DNA from: an uncultured virus (IMG/VR IMGVR_UViG_3300024999_000092)
Taxonomy: Duplodnaviria; Heunggongvirae; Uroviricota; Caudoviricetes
IMG/VR virus record: IMGVR_UViG_3300024999_000092
Reading direction: 5' to 3' (one strand)
Length of the DNA stretch: 64,000 nucleotides
The notes under the pieces were generated by a model that searched no databases, was not told where the DNA came from, and was given only the letters and a program-made list of their open reading frames with translations. Positions 10,142 through 20,691 of the stretch are shown in pieces. Position 1 is the first letter of the stretch. Each line of letters starts with the position of its first letter. The position numbers were made by a program, and so were the translations under genes.

Positions 10142-11557
10142 TTAGATTTCACCACCTAATTTTAAGGTGTAACTGATTTCCTTAGTTGCTTTCAAATTAA
10201 AGGAGACTTCCTTAACTACCTTTAAAGCATATTCTAACTTAATTACATTAGTTATTATTACAGGAACCGACATATCGGCTGTTGCCGTAGCGACCGGAGC
10301 AGTTATTGTAGTATCGACAATGATAGTAACAAAAGGCGTAGGCATTTCCGCTGTAGTAGTAGCGACCGGAACATCCACCGAACAGCCTGTCTGTATAGTC
10401 GGAGCGGATATGTCCGCTGTTGCTGTGGCCACATCTGTTGCGATTACATTATTTGGTATGGCAGGAGAAGGCATATCCGCGACCATCTCTGCCACTACTG
10501 CACTTATCGTTGCGTCAGGCGTTACTATCGCTGGAGCCGACATGTCCGCTGTGGACTCGGCGACAACAGCATCCACAGTATACCTAACATCGACTGTCGG
10601 AGTAGGTGCATCAACTGTAGTTTCGGCAACTGGAGCTACTATTGTTGCATCTCCGCTTGCGATTGAATAGCCAGTCAAATAAAAACTAACGTCAGTGTTT
10701 TCTTTGTATCCTTCTATAATTCGGTCATTATCGCACTTCACTATTGCCCAAGCGGTACCCCTAATGAATCTTACAATATTCTCGGTTGATCCGTTAGGTC
10801 TAAGTCCACACTTACTGTCTCCTGATACGGCCATCTGTATAAACCCACCGGAAGCCCCCGCAGGTAACGCAGTTAAATCTACCCAAGAGGCGGCAGTAGA
10901 TGGAGTGATATTCGTAGCATTTGTATTAAAAACTGCACCGCTTTTTATATACCCGATTAATCTAAGTTTTACGCTCGTATCTCCAATATAACCTTGACAT
11001 ATCTCGTTTTCGTCTACACCTATGATGGAGCAGGCATTAAAGTATTGATTTAAGTATCTTTTAAAATCATCCGTACTACCTTTCTTTCTGAGGGAGGCCT
11101 GCCTGGCAGATATAGATTCGTTAACTACGCTAAATATAGCGCCTATTGCCGTGTCCGTGCCAGTATCGGCAGAAATATCTATGTCTTGGTACGAGCCTGT
11201 GGTAATTGTCTTAGCGGTATAGTTATCAAAAAATACCACCTCAGAGCCAAAATAACCTGTTAGATAGACATTAACGTTGAGAATGTTAACTGTAAATATC
11301 TCAAATATCCTGTTTGCGTCAACGCCCACAAAGAAGAACTCATGGGTATTAAAATTAATCTTACCAGAATACCCATCTGTACTGCCATTTTTTCTGAAAG
11401 AGATATCATATATGTCTGCAGAATTGGTACTGACGTTTTCAACATGCAGAATAACTCCCGTTGCCCCTGCTGGTATATGTGCAGATACATCAATGTCTAT
11501 CCATGATCCTATAGAACTTATAGTAAGTTGGACGGGATCAATATATGTTATAGCCAA
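10142..11557 (-). CDS. Virion fibre-like protein with three ~95-aa N-terminal repeats and a Thr/Val/Ala/Pro-rich repeat stalk
   Basis: Repeats WIDIDVSAHIPAGA / YQDIDISADTG / WVDLTALPAGA; C-terminal (T/S)(I/V)xAxVAxxTADMxxPxI repeats. Confidence 0.6.
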   Translation of the reverse strand: MAITYIDPVQLTISSIGSWIDIDVSAHIPAGATGVILHVENVSTNSADIYDISFRKNGSTDGYSGKINFNTHEFFFVGVDANRIFEIFTVNILNVNVYLTGYFGSEVVFFDNYTAKTITTGSYQDIDISADTGTDTAIGAIFSVVNESISARQASLRKKGSTDDFKRYLNQYFNACSIIGVDENEICQGYIGDTSVKLRLIGYIKSGAVFNTNATNITPSTAASWVDLTALPAGASGGFIQMAVSGDSKCGLRPNGSTENIVRFIRGTAWAIVKCDNDRIIEGYKENTDVSFYLTGYSIASGDATIVAPVAETTVDAPTPTVDVRYTVDAVVAESTADMSAPAIVTPDATISAVVAEMVADMPSPAIPNNVIATDVATATADISAPTIQTGCSVDVPVATTTAEMPTPFVTIIVDTTITAPVATATADMSVPVIITNVIKLEYALKVVKEVSFNLKATKEISYTLKLGGEI

Positions 11558-11578
11558 TTAATACCCCACCTTTCGGGG

Positions 11579-12013
11579 TTAAGATACGGTTACTTTAAGC
11601 ATACCGTCTGCGCTCCACTGAATTAGTAATGTACCTGCCGAGGAAGATTTATCCTCACCAAAATCAATATAGCCCAATAATGGAGAAGTAGATGCTGTCC
11701 CTGTATCGTCATAAATAACTGCATATCTTGCCGTAATAGTAGATGCCGCCCAACTTGTATCGTCAGCATCAATTTTTATAACATTTGTATCGGCAGTATA
11801 ACCAATTGTTTTATTGGTTAGCGTAGCACCACCAGCAGTATAACCATCACCGACTACCTCGTTAGTTACATCGTCCTTGTAGTCGTGGGCATCCTGGTCT
11901 GGTGTGTAACTTGAAGTGCAGAGCATAACTTTTATGGTGTCTGTATCAAAGTCTATTTCCTTATTAAAAGCCTTAATAAAGGCATTTCCGTACCACTTCG
12001 CTGAAACTGTCAT
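11579..12013 (-). CDS. Conserved phage virion/tail-associated protein
   Basis: IDFDTDTIKVML...NEVxGxGYTAGG...ITARYAVIYDD...PLLGYIDFG pattern common in phage structural modules. Confidence 0.65.
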   Translation of the reverse strand: MTVSAKWYGNAFIKAFNKEIDFDTDTIKVMLCTSSYTPDQDAHDYKDDVTNEVVGDGYTAGGATLTNKTIGYTADTNVIKIDADDTSWAASTITARYAVIYDDTGTASTSPLLGYIDFGEDKSSSAGTLLIQWSADGMLKVTVS

Positions 12014-12026
12014 TTTAAATCGCTCC

Positions 12027-12857
12027 TTATAATGGATTTGCTTCTTTCATCGGGATTAGTTTAAACGGTAAACCTTGTGCATTTCTTAACTGACTTATCG
12101 GCATTGCTTTACATTGGATGGATGTTGGTAAACCAGTCGCAAATTTAAGTACATAGCCAGAGAATGTAGAATATGTTGCAGTAGTAATTGCATTACTAGG
12201 CAATGTGAGTGTATAATCGGCAACCACTAATAATGAAGGGGCAATATATAATACATTACCTATTATTGATTTTGCGATAGGAACCACTACGCCACCAGTC
12301 TGTAAAACTATATTATCATAAGAATTGCCAGCGACTATACTATCATCAAAAGTTATTGATATAACCTTATTAAGTGGTACTCCTGTAGAATTATTTACAG
12401 GATCAGTGTTAGTTATATTTACAGGTATAGGAATATCGTCAATATAAGTATCAAAGTAATAACTTGACGTAAAACCTCCACCACTTTGTATAAAACCCCA
12501 CTGATGATACTCTCTTAAATAGTATTTACCGTCTGCGGCAACAATGTAAAAAAACGACCTATGATCAAATAAAGTAGAACCAGAAACATTACAAGTGTAT
12601 GTTAGTGGTTGACATGGTTCGTTTGTGTCTATTGTCCTAGTACCATTGTAAGTATTAAATTTTCTCAATTTTACATTTTCAAAAGTTACAAGGTCGGTAC
12701 ATTCTCCCGTTTCGCTATTGTAGTATTTAGTAGACTCTGCTGTATATGATTCTATCTCGTTGTTTTCAATAACGTGCAAAGAGTTTACGCCTCGTATAAT
12801 ACCAGCACCAGTCCTGTAATCAGGAACCTCATAATTCGGGATTACTACCCAATTCAC
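12027..12857 (-). CDS. Virion protein with C-terminal Ig-like (Big_5-type) domain
   Basis: ITNTDPVNNSTGVPLNKVISITFDDSI...GNVLYIAP...YTLTLPSNAI. Confidence 0.65.
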   Translation of the reverse strand: MNWVVIPNYEVPDYRTGAGIIRGVNSLHVIENNEIESYTAESTKYYNSETGECTDLVTFENVKLRKFNTYNGTRTIDTNEPCQPLTYTCNVSGSTLFDHRSFFYIVAADGKYYLREYHQWGFIQSGGGFTSSYYFDTYIDDIPIPVNITNTDPVNNSTGVPLNKVISITFDDSIVAGNSYDNIVLQTGGVVVPIAKSIIGNVLYIAPSLLVVADYTLTLPSNAITTATYSTFSGYVLKFATGLPTSIQCKAMPISQLRNAQGLPFKLIPMKEANPL

Positions 12858-13522
12858 GGCTTAACCACCACCGTTCCACCACAAACAGCACTAAGAGTAA
12901 TATAGTCACCAGTAGAACCTGCCTCCGGTACTACAGTTATTTTCGAGTAACATAACATATCTGATATAGTTTCTTGCGTAAACGTAACGGCAGGATATTT
13001 GTTGTTACCACCAATAATAGTCGCGGAGGGGATAGGCATATCCACATAGCCATTCTCTAAAACAAACTCCACACCCGCCAAATTAAACGCCGCTAAACCA
13101 TACTCGATAATACCTTCACTAGCAACCGTTGTAGTTGTCTCAACCTTCACCATATCGGCAGGTATAACCTTGAATACAACAACCGCAGTACCAGAAGTTA
13201 ATCCTGACTTTGCCCCGGTTATCGTTATTTCTGCCTGTCCTTCTGCTACCGCCGTAACCAGTCCACCACTACTTACTGTTGCTATTGCCGTATCGCTCGA
13301 AGCGTAACTCAGCGTAGCATCAGTGGGAGTTGTAGTTATCTCTAGCTGCTTAGTTTCGTCAACTCTCAGTGTCTCGTAAACTCCAGTACTATCAGGAATA
13401 GGAATATCTAAGTGAAGTAGATAATTAACGATAGACCGAATATTACCATTTATCACGTTAATCAAATTCCTATTCCCCGGAGAATCGCCGTAAGTCAATT
13501 GAACCGTCTTAGGTATTTTCAC
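12854..13522 (-). CDS. Virion protein with Ig-like (Big_2) domain
   Basis: LSYASSDTAIATVSSGGLVTAVAEGQAEITIT. Confidence 0.75.
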   Translation of the reverse strand: MKIPKTVQLTYGDSPGNRNLINVINGNIRSIVNYLLHLDIPIPDSTGVYETLRVDETKQLEITTTPTDATLSYASSDTAIATVSSGGLVTAVAEGQAEITITGAKSGLTSGTAVVVFKVIPADMVKVETTTTVASEGIIEYGLAAFNLAGVEFVLENGYVDMPIPSATIIGGNNKYPAVTFTQETISDMLCYSKITVVPEAGSTGDYITLSAVCGGTVVVKP

Positions 13523-14994
13523 TACTTCACCGCCCCGACAACTGCAGTTATGGAGCCACTTTCAAGACCGCTTATCCTGTCCGTAGCGGATAACCTCAGT
13601 GAATTATTCCTACCCTTAGTGCCGGTTATTTTCACCTCAACCGTTTCCTGCACTCCTGCCGTAAACTCAGCAGTTATGGCCGATCCTTCTGCTTCCCTAT
13701 CACTTGTGGAGTAAACATCAATATCGAAATCATTATCCGGTTCGGCAGTTAACCATAATCGCTTAATTTTGGTTTTTCTACCTTCGGAACTTAACGGACC
13801 TATTACTAATTCGGAGGTAATACTTACCCCTAAATCAGTCAGACTTCCATCCAACTTAACAATCCGGTTATCGTTTAACCCTAAATGGACGTATTCCCTG
13901 CCTGTCACCGCCCCAAAAGCACCAGCGCAGTTAATCACGAATGGGTACTCGTATATAAACCAATCCTTTAGATCATAGACGAATACCGTTGTTTTGTTAG
14001 TAGGACTACCTGGCAACACAAGCCAAAACTCGCCGCCATTTTCAAAGGCAAACGCATTAGTAAACGAATATCCTGCGAATAATTCCTCGACATTCTGACT
14101 AACTGGAACAGCTTCACTCCCGGAATATGCGTAAACTCGATATTTTCCGTCTTCCTGAGTTAACCATAGGCAGTAGTTTCCAACCTTTGCCGCACAACGT
14201 ATTTTATACATGCCGACTTTCCCGATTTCATCTGTGCTATTATTAGTCTCATCGGAAAAATAAACCCGGTAATGCCTCCTTGGAGTTAAAACGAGCATAT
14301 GCCCACCTAAAGAAACAGCATCCAAAACAGGTTCGGCAGCAGAACCACTAACATCAAGCCAGAAATCTTCCGGCCAATATTCTGCGCTAACATTCTTTGC
14401 ATCGGTTTCGTCATAACCGCAAAAATACATTCGGTTAGGGTAAGCTGAGTTTAGTCCCCAACCAAACATTCTGCCTTCGTGTTTGCATAGGAATTCCATG
14501 GTCGGCATAACGCCACTCATCTCAGGGGAAAAATTACTCCAAACACTTATACCTCCAGTGTCAATGCTATATACATATAGCTTGTTCGTTCCACCGCCGG
14601 CCAAGTATAGGTTACTTGAAACACTACCGTTTTCATCAACAATAGCCCATAAAACACTGCTAAACCCATAATTTGTTGATGCTGATTGTATTGCCGACCA
14701 TGCCCCTGCCTCTGTTGTCCTGTGATATATATTATTGCCTGCCTCAACGATAAGTTTAGTATCCATGCCAACCTTGGGTGCTTGATGTATGCTTTTGATA
14801 GCGGCAGGGAAGGAAGATGTAACTAAACTGCAACCATCCCTGGTTCTCAACATACCGTTCTGCACAACAAAGTTTTTACCGGCGGAAGGTTCGCCTATCT
14901 TCCGGGTATGTTGGACATTAATTCCGCTAAATACCGGAATATTAAGAGACGCTTTTCTTGTCGTTCCCGTCCGTTTTGGTACTTCAGTTCTCAT
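13522..14994 (-). CDS. Tail nozzle / tubular protein B-like (P22 gp10 position)
   Basis: 490-aa beta-rich protein with FSGIN start and HEGRMF blade motif; follows the adaptor gene. Confidence 0.6.
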   Translation of the reverse strand: MRTEVPKRTGTTRKASLNIPVFSGINVQHTRKIGEPSAGKNFVVQNGMLRTRDGCSLVTSSFPAAIKSIHQAPKVGMDTKLIVEAGNNIYHRTTEAGAWSAIQSASTNYGFSSVLWAIVDENGSVSSNLYLAGGGTNKLYVYSIDTGGISVWSNFSPEMSGVMPTMEFLCKHEGRMFGWGLNSAYPNRMYFCGYDETDAKNVSAEYWPEDFWLDVSGSAAEPVLDAVSLGGHMLVLTPRRHYRVYFSDETNNSTDEIGKVGMYKIRCAAKVGNYCLWLTQEDGKYRVYAYSGSEAVPVSQNVEELFAGYSFTNAFAFENGGEFWLVLPGSPTNKTTVFVYDLKDWFIYEYPFVINCAGAFGAVTGREYVHLGLNDNRIVKLDGSLTDLGVSITSELVIGPLSSEGRKTKIKRLWLTAEPDNDFDIDVYSTSDREAEGSAITAEFTAGVQETVEVKITGTKGRNNSLRLSATDRISGLESGSITAVVGAVK

Positions 14995-15834
14995 TTACCA
15001 CACCGCCCTAACCTGGAACGCATCGTTTGTGCTTGTTTCGTTCTCGTCAATCAGATTACCGATAGAGGAATAAAACTCCTGCATCCATCTCGAAGCATCA
15101 ACGTCGTCCGAATCATCGGCACTTCGATAACGCGAAGCAATATATTTTGCAACCGCATACATGCAGGCATCAATCAGAGGCACATTGTCGTTTATAGCAG
15201 TAACAGTTGGCCGCGCAACATAGGTAAGCGCATAAGTATCGGCATCATAGAAGGATATTTTGCGGTTTCTTATGGTATAGTTGGTATAGTTAATACCAGT
15301 GTTATCCTCAGCAGGCACACTCTCGCTGTCACCTACAAGTCCTGTATCATCAAAGGTATTATCGGTAGCAGTCCCAATTAGCCCCTGCGTAGCACCGCCG
15401 GTAGTACGATATATGGCATACGATGATGCGTCCGCTACCTCCGTCCATGCCAATGCGTTGTAGTTAGTCTCAGACAGCGTTGCATTTCCATTAGTTACTT
15501 TAACTTCGGGGCAGGCGATAGTCTCATTATCAGATGATAGTGCCGTTACTCTATACCCATACGTTGTTGCTCCTGTCGTACCCGTAGGGGTTACGGTTAA
15601 ACCTGCAGGATAACCTATTGTATTTGTCAATACTACCGTTCTCACAAAATCAGTCGGCAGGTTATAGAATTTCTTTGCTGTGGCTATGTACTGCTTAGTT
15701 GATTCCTGCCATAACTGCGTTGGTATTTTGTCCTGCAAACACTCTTTGCCCCATAGTAGCAGATCGGTATTAGACACCGATTCATGCGTCCATGAGTCTA
15801 CAAGAGTTTTGCAGTCGTTAAGGGTGAATGCCAA
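14995..15834 (-). CDS. Head-tail adaptor / tubular protein A-like with inserted FN3-like domain
   Basis: YNLPTDF motif; insert TTYGYRVTAL...LAWTEVADASSYAIYRT...TFDDTG. Confidence 0.6.
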   Translation of the reverse strand: MAFTLNDCKTLVDSWTHESVSNTDLLLWGKECLQDKIPTQLWQESTKQYIATAKKFYNLPTDFVRTVVLTNTIGYPAGLTVTPTGTTGATTYGYRVTALSSDNETIACPEVKVTNGNATLSETNYNALAWTEVADASSYAIYRTTGGATQGLIGTATDNTFDDTGLVGDSESVPAEDNTGINYTNYTIRNRKISFYDADTYALTYVARPTVTAINDNVPLIDACMYAVAKYIASRYRSADDSDDVDASRWMQEFYSSIGNLIDENETSTNDAFQVRAVW

Positions 15835-15925
15835 AAGATCACCTACTTATGTAAAATGGGAGGTTATTGACCTCCCTGTGCTTATCTAACTATCTATATA
15901 ACTAACGGAAGCTAACGCATTTTCG

Positions 15926-16189
15926 TTAGTTGGGTAGCTCTTCGCTTTCCCATTCTTCCTTATTATCGCTGAGATACTGACGTATTTGTTCTAAATTTCC
16001 TATAAAAATTACATGTTCTTTAAACCATGCAATTTCATCATCACCAAAAAGTCCTTCTAAAAGAAGTTTTCTGCCATCCAGACTAAATCTTTGAGAAACA
16101 TTAAATTGCGGTTGCTCGTAATCAGTTCTACCTTTTATAATTGCTTCTTCAATATTCGGGGCAGTTACAACTACATATATATGGTTCAT
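15926..16189 (-). CDS. Small acidic hypothetical protein (fibre chaperone position)
   Basis: Start moved to MNHIY at 16189 (ATGA overlap with upstream gene). Confidence 0.55.
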   Translation of the reverse strand: MNHIYVVVTAPNIEEAIIKGRTDYEQPQFNVSQRFSLDGRKLLLEGLFGDDEIAWFKEHVIFIGNLEQIRQYLSDNKEEWESEELPN

Positions 16190-16944
16190 GCAAAACCACC
16201 TGCCTTTGCATGATTTAAAATTTCTGTAGGGGTTAAAATGCGTGAATACATCCCACAATAACCTGCCTTGCCTGAGTACCAACTTGGAGCAGAATCTAAT
16301 ACTCCCCTTCCGAAATGTGGTCCTAATGCCGGGGCAGTATCAGATATTATTATATCTGTACCAAAGTTTACACTTGTTGTTGACGCAACTACACTTCCGT
16401 TTCTGTATAATACTACGGTGTCACTTGGAATATCTACTGCGATATGTGCCATGCAAATTCCGACAGGGAGTGCTGTATTCGATACTAACGATGAAGCAGC
16501 TTGGGATTTTCCACCCGATCTAACCGACACATTAAGAGTTTCATTTGTACCTATTTTATAGACAGCAAACCTAGCCTGTCCTGCTGTGTCAGCGTCGGAT
16601 ACAGATTCAGCCCATATAATTTGATTACTACCCAAGTTTAATATTTCTAATATAGCAAACCAGGTAAAGACTCCAAGACCTCTAACACTACATCCTGCAG
16701 CAGGAGTTATTTTGTCATTAATCCCATCAAATATAGCCATTTTATTGATACGTCGATTAGGTGCATTTTGATTAAGTGTTACACCATCATATGCCCCATG
16801 ACGAGCATTGCCGGAATAATCTTTTACCTGACTGCCGGACGTTTCCTGCATTGCCCATAGAAAACGTAAATCAGGAGTATCAAGCAACTTTTGTAGCAAT
16901 TGGGATTCCCAAGAATCAAAGCGAGGATATGCTTGCAAATTCAC
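16186..16944 (-). CDS. LamG/concanavalin-A-like lectin domain virion protein
   Basis: WAMQETSGSQVKDYSGNARHG, FDGINDKI, YSRILTPTEI. Confidence 0.8.
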   Translation of the reverse strand: MNLQAYPRFDSWESQLLQKLLDTPDLRFLWAMQETSGSQVKDYSGNARHGAYDGVTLNQNAPNRRINKMAIFDGINDKITPAAGCSVRGLGVFTWFAILEILNLGSNQIIWAESVSDADTAGQARFAVYKIGTNETLNVSVRSGGKSQAASSLVSNTALPVGICMAHIAVDIPSDTVVLYRNGSVVASTTSVNFGTDIIISDTAPALGPHFGRGVLDSAPSWYSGKAGYCGMYSRILTPTEILNHAKAGGFA

Positions 16945-16945
16945 C

Positions 16946-18955
16946 TTAGTTCACCCCCAAGTAGGAAACTCCCTCATTATTTACCGACGAATCAACATAA
17001 ACAAGGTTAAGATTACTAACCGGAATGGAGACAGATTCTTCTGCTCGCAAGCGTTTGCCGTATGCGCTACTTGAAACGCTTGCGTTGCCGATATAAATAA
17101 ATCCAGTATTTGTATTTAATGCTATTATAAGTACCTGCTTACATGCTTGGTCTGCTGCAAGTTGGACTCTTGTCCCGGCAGTGGTTACATTTTTTATGCC
17201 TTGCAGTAGAGCGTTGCTACCAGTTACTTTGGTAAGTAAATTACCCTGTGCATCAGTCTGGAGGGTAACTGCATCCCCCTCATCACGAGTAGCAGGAGTA
17301 GCATTATACTTACCTGCAAACAACACGGGGTTACCATTAGCTGCGGCACTATCAGCAGCTTTACCGACTGTTATCACATCGGCAGTAAGAGGTCTAGCAA
17401 CACCCACGGCAAGAGATTTGACAGTCAAACTTGTACCTGCCCCTGCTGTAGAAATTACCGCCCTCACGGATTTATAACCTGATACGTTGGCAGAATAAAT
17501 TCCTGTGGCAATTGCCGTTGTCGCTGCCACACCCGTATCAGTTTTCGTGGCACTAAAAGCCGTATAGTTTGTACCGTCAACAGAACCTTCCCAAGTTACT
17601 GTTGCTGTGTCGGGTGTTCCGGTAATTTGAAAAGCTATCGGCCCATAGCCTGAAACCGTTGCGGCAGTACCATTGCCGTCTGTTGTTGTTGCGTTTTGGT
17701 GTGTAGTTTCCAGCGTTGTTGCCGGGATACCGCCTTGGGCTAATGTGGCTTGTACGGCCGCTAACGTTGTCTCAGTAGCCGGTGCCGCTATAATCTTAGC
17801 CAGAATCGCCGCCAAAGTTGTTTGTGTGGCAAAATCCTTTGCAATCAGAGTGTCTTGCTTTGCCTCCGTTGCTGGTGCGGCTATAATTTTCGCTAAGACT
17901 GCCGCTAATGTGGTCTGAGTTGCAAAATCTTTCGCATTTAAAGTGTCCTGTTTAGCCTCAGTCGCCGGTGCTGCAATGATCTTTGCTAGAACTGCTGTAA
18001 GGGTAGTTTGAGTGGCCGCATCTGCCGGCAAAGTCGTTAATATAGTAGGTATAGGATTTCCTACGGCCACGTCGGCATTACCTACTTGCAGGTTTGCATT
18101 AGCGTTTAAATTGTCATGCGCTGCCTGATCAACAGTCACCGATCCGCCGCCATCCGAGACAACATTCTTCCGCATAATCTGATATACGGAACCGGCGGCA
18201 ACATTTACAACTGCAATACCACCAGAAAATTCAACAGGCGTAACGGTAACAGGTACAACCCCATCAGAACCCGTCATGGTTGCGGTAAATTCTGCTAATT
18301 CATCAATCTTAACCGCAACAAGAGTCGCGGTATTCTTAGCATCGTCTAATACGCCGCCAGTTTTTCCGAGATAAACCGTTAAAACATTATCAGCAAAAGA
18401 TGCCGACAGGTTATCATTGTCCCCTGGTGCTGCCACTACTTCAGCGGTTATCGAGTTACCTGCAACTCCCTCATTTACATAGACTACCGTAACCTCTGCT
18501 GTGTCTGGAGTACCAACCATAGCACTTGCCGCCGCACCAGGAAGGGTAGCAATTGTCAAGGTAGTTGCCGTATTACTAGCTACTGTGCGGTAATAGTCAA
18601 CGCCACTAATAGTAACTTTTGTAATATGTCCGGCGAACATATTAGTTTCAAAGTTTTTAGATGTGTCGATAATGGTAGTTTTACTGCCACCAGTCGCTGT
18701 ACCACCGTCAAAATTACTGTCAACTATTGCTGGATTGGTAGCAGTAAACTTCTCGTCACCATCAGCATCAACAGGAATAAACTTACCTGCTATCGCCGTA
18801 CCTGCCGCTAGTTTTGCCGTTACTGAGCCATCTGAATTTAGAACTAAACCGACTATTTTATTATCACCGTCAACGCCGCCAATAGTGACGGGATTTTGCC
18901 TTGCTGCACTTTCACCTACTGGATTTTTACCTTCTGCAATGGAAATTTCAAACAC
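16946..18955 (-). CDS. Long mosaic fibre/spike protein with tandem 31-aa repeats
   Basis: Ala/Thr-rich; ATQTTLAAVLAKIIAAPATEAKQDTL.AKDF repeated about three times. Confidence 0.65.
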   Translation of the reverse strand: MFEISIAEGKNPVGESAARQNPVTIGGVDGDNKIVGLVLNSDGSVTAKLAAGTAIAGKFIPVDADGDEKFTATNPAIVDSNFDGGTATGGSKTTIIDTSKNFETNMFAGHITKVTISGVDYYRTVASNTATTLTIATLPGAAASAMVGTPDTAEVTVVYVNEGVAGNSITAEVVAAPGDNDNLSASFADNVLTVYLGKTGGVLDDAKNTATLVAVKIDELAEFTATMTGSDGVVPVTVTPVEFSGGIAVVNVAAGSVYQIMRKNVVSDGGGSVTVDQAAHDNLNANANLQVGNADVAVGNPIPTILTTLPADAATQTTLTAVLAKIIAAPATEAKQDTLNAKDFATQTTLAAVLAKIIAAPATEAKQDTLIAKDFATQTTLAAILAKIIAAPATETTLAAVQATLAQGGIPATTLETTHQNATTTDGNGTAATVSGYGPIAFQITGTPDTATVTWEGSVDGTNYTAFSATKTDTGVAATTAIATGIYSANVSGYKSVRAVISTAGAGTSLTVKSLAVGVARPLTADVITVGKAADSAAANGNPVLFAGKYNATPATRDEGDAVTLQTDAQGNLLTKVTGSNALLQGIKNVTTAGTRVQLAADQACKQVLIIALNTNTGFIYIGNASVSSSAYGKRLRAEESVSIPVSNLNLVYVDSSVNNEGVSYLGVN

Positions 18956-18966
18956 CTCCTATATGT

Positions 18967-18998
18967 AAAAATAGGCAGAGCGATTAAACTCTGCCTAT
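18967..18998 (-). terminator. Intrinsic terminator after the major capsid gene
   Basis: ATAGGCAGAG 18971-18980 / CTCTGCCTAT 18989-18998 with a T-tract on the minus strand. Confidence 0.75.
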
Positions 18999-19003
18999 AC
19001 TAA

Positions 19004-19906
19004 CTAACTAGGGTTGCAACCGAAAATAAAGCTGAAATCGTCCCAACCGTAGGAGAATCTTGCAATTGTAGCATACTTGGCAATCTCAGTATCGAAGTCC
19101 TCAGCTGCCTTAAAGCCAGGTTTTCTTCTCCAAAACCAATTTAAGAACATCCTTGCTCTTTCTGAGTCCAACATGAACCATGCGTTAGCGTCAGTCAACC
19201 ACGGCCATTCAATGACATTAAACTTACCCTTCCACACGTTGATGCCGTGGTCGGTTGTCCCTGGTTTCTCATCAGTACCGGCGATAACCAAGGCAGGTTC
19301 AAGTCCCTCAGTTGGAACCACAATAGTATCCGGCATAACCAAGAACTGATTGGCCTTATCATCTTCCCAACGACGCATAAGGTTACGAACGGTTGTTACA
19401 TTGGCGGCGGTCAATTCATATGCACCAAAATTGGAGGTCAAAGAAGTACTCCCTGGTGCTTTCGGGTGCGATGCAGAGCAAAGAGCAACGCCGTCTGGAC
19501 CGGCAAAAGAGGCATTAAAAGCATTATTAAACGGCAACGCTGCGTGGTATTGAATGGTTCTGTATTCAACCATGCGGAGATTTTTAACGCGCTTTTTAAT
19601 CTCTCCGTATTGTTCGTCGTCAACAAGTTCGCGCTCAATCTGTGTACCTTTGGAATATTTGCGGTGAATGTAGTTGGAGGTGTGACCCTTCTTAATGTCC
19701 TCGTAGGCAACCTTATTCCCGGTTGCGCTCCATTCTTCCATTAACCCTAAGTCACCGACACCCTGATTGGTTTCCTGCGCCTTAGTGGAATTCTCAACGT
19801 TATACATCAGACCAAGATAATCCTTTTCTTTCTTACCTGCTAAGTCAAAAATCTTTCTCAAACCCGGTTCAAGCTGCTCCGCCCAATTCTCAGAAATCAT
19901 TGGCAT
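19004..19906 (-). CDS. Major capsid protein (Mu gpT-like HK97 fold)
   Basis: LEPGLRKIF, GPDGVALCSASHP, WPWLTDANAWFML, ARFSYGWDD motifs; follows portal and scaffold. Confidence 0.85.
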   Translation of the reverse strand: MPMISENWAEQLEPGLRKIFDLAGKKEKDYLGLMYNVENSTKAQETNQGVGDLGLMEEWSATGNKVAYEDIKKGHTSNYIHRKYSKGTQIERELVDDEQYGEIKKRVKNLRMVEYRTIQYHAALPFNNAFNASFAGPDGVALCSASHPKAPGSTSLTSNFGAYELTAANVTTVRNLMRRWEDDKANQFLVMPDTIVVPTEGLEPALVIAGTDEKPGTTDHGINVWKGKFNVIEWPWLTDANAWFMLDSERARMFLNWFWRRKPGFKAAEDFDTEIAKYATIARFSYGWDDFSFIFGCNPS

Positions 19907-19920
19907 GTGTTTCCCTCCTT

Positions 19921-19957
19921 AAAATAAAAAGACCCAGGCAAACCGCCCAAGTCTTTT
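19921..19957 (-). terminator. Terminator-like hairpin directly upstream of the capsid RBS
   Basis: Minus strand GACTTGGGC-GGTTT-GCCTGGGTC-TTTTTATTTT. Confidence 0.55.
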
Positions 19958-19989
19958 GTTGTTTAATTTTTAATTTAATTGGTTAATAC

Positions 19990-20682
19990 TTACTTATGGA
20001 TGTGCTTACGAATCATAACGTCCATAGTCAATTTAGCAGGATCGATATTCAAAACAACTAACGGACCCGCCTCACTAGCAATTGTAGCGTTGGCATCAAT
20101 GGTATTTTCATCCTTCAAGTCAACGCCAATACTGCCTTTATTGATCACATCACCAGAACCACCAGCACCAAGCAAGATATACTTACTGGCAGTTGTCGGG
20201 GCAACTGGGAACGGTTCTTCAACAGTCAAAGTGTCGGACGAACCAGTATAGTCCTTAACTGTGCGGATACTTCCTGCTGCCGGACCTTCGTAAATATAAA
20301 GCAATGCACCATTCCAATCATCGTCTGATGATGTACTAAGTGCGGTGTCTACTAGAGTAGTGGTTGTACCACCAGTTGCCGAAGCATCCCTATGATCAGC
20401 GAAAGAGCAACGGAATACCGCATAGGGGTTATCGTATACCTTGCCGTATGTAGTTGCGCCTGCCGGGTTAGTTGCTGTAGTAAAAGTTTGTTGCATAACA
20501 CCAAGTACATTAGTTGCATTTGCAGCGGCCTTCGCAACCTTACCTGCGGTCAATACCACCATGTCGCCCTCAGAAAAAGCGGTATTGGGGGTTAATTCGT
20601 ACTTAACGGCGTTATCAACAATGCCATTAAGTTTACTGTTTACATACTCAAACCCATTTGTGGTTCTTGCAGTTAATGCCAT
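19990..20682 (-). CDS. Capsid decoration/cement-like protein
   Basis: FSEGDMVVLTAGKVAKAA...VLGV motif; lies between scaffold and capsid genes. Confidence 0.6.
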   Translation of the reverse strand: MALTARTTNGFEYVNSKLNGIVDNAVKYELTPNTAFSEGDMVVLTAGKVAKAAANATNVLGVMQQTFTTATNPAGATTYGKVYDNPYAVFRCSFADHRDASATGGTTTTLVDTALSTSSDDDWNGALLYIYEGPAAGSIRTVKDYTGSSDTLTVEEPFPVAPTTASKYILLGAGGSGDVINKGSIGVDLKDENTIDANATIASEAGPLVVLNIDPAKLTMDVMIRKHIHK

Positions 20683-20691
20683 TTTTTCAAC

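Noticed and set aside
17760..18020. 93-nt repeats as a DGR variable/template pair
   Set aside because: In-frame coding repeats with mostly synonymous differences, not adenine-specific changes
18999..19010. Capsid stop read-through or frameshift extension
   Set aside because: Further stops and a terminator follow immediately; no slippery site seen
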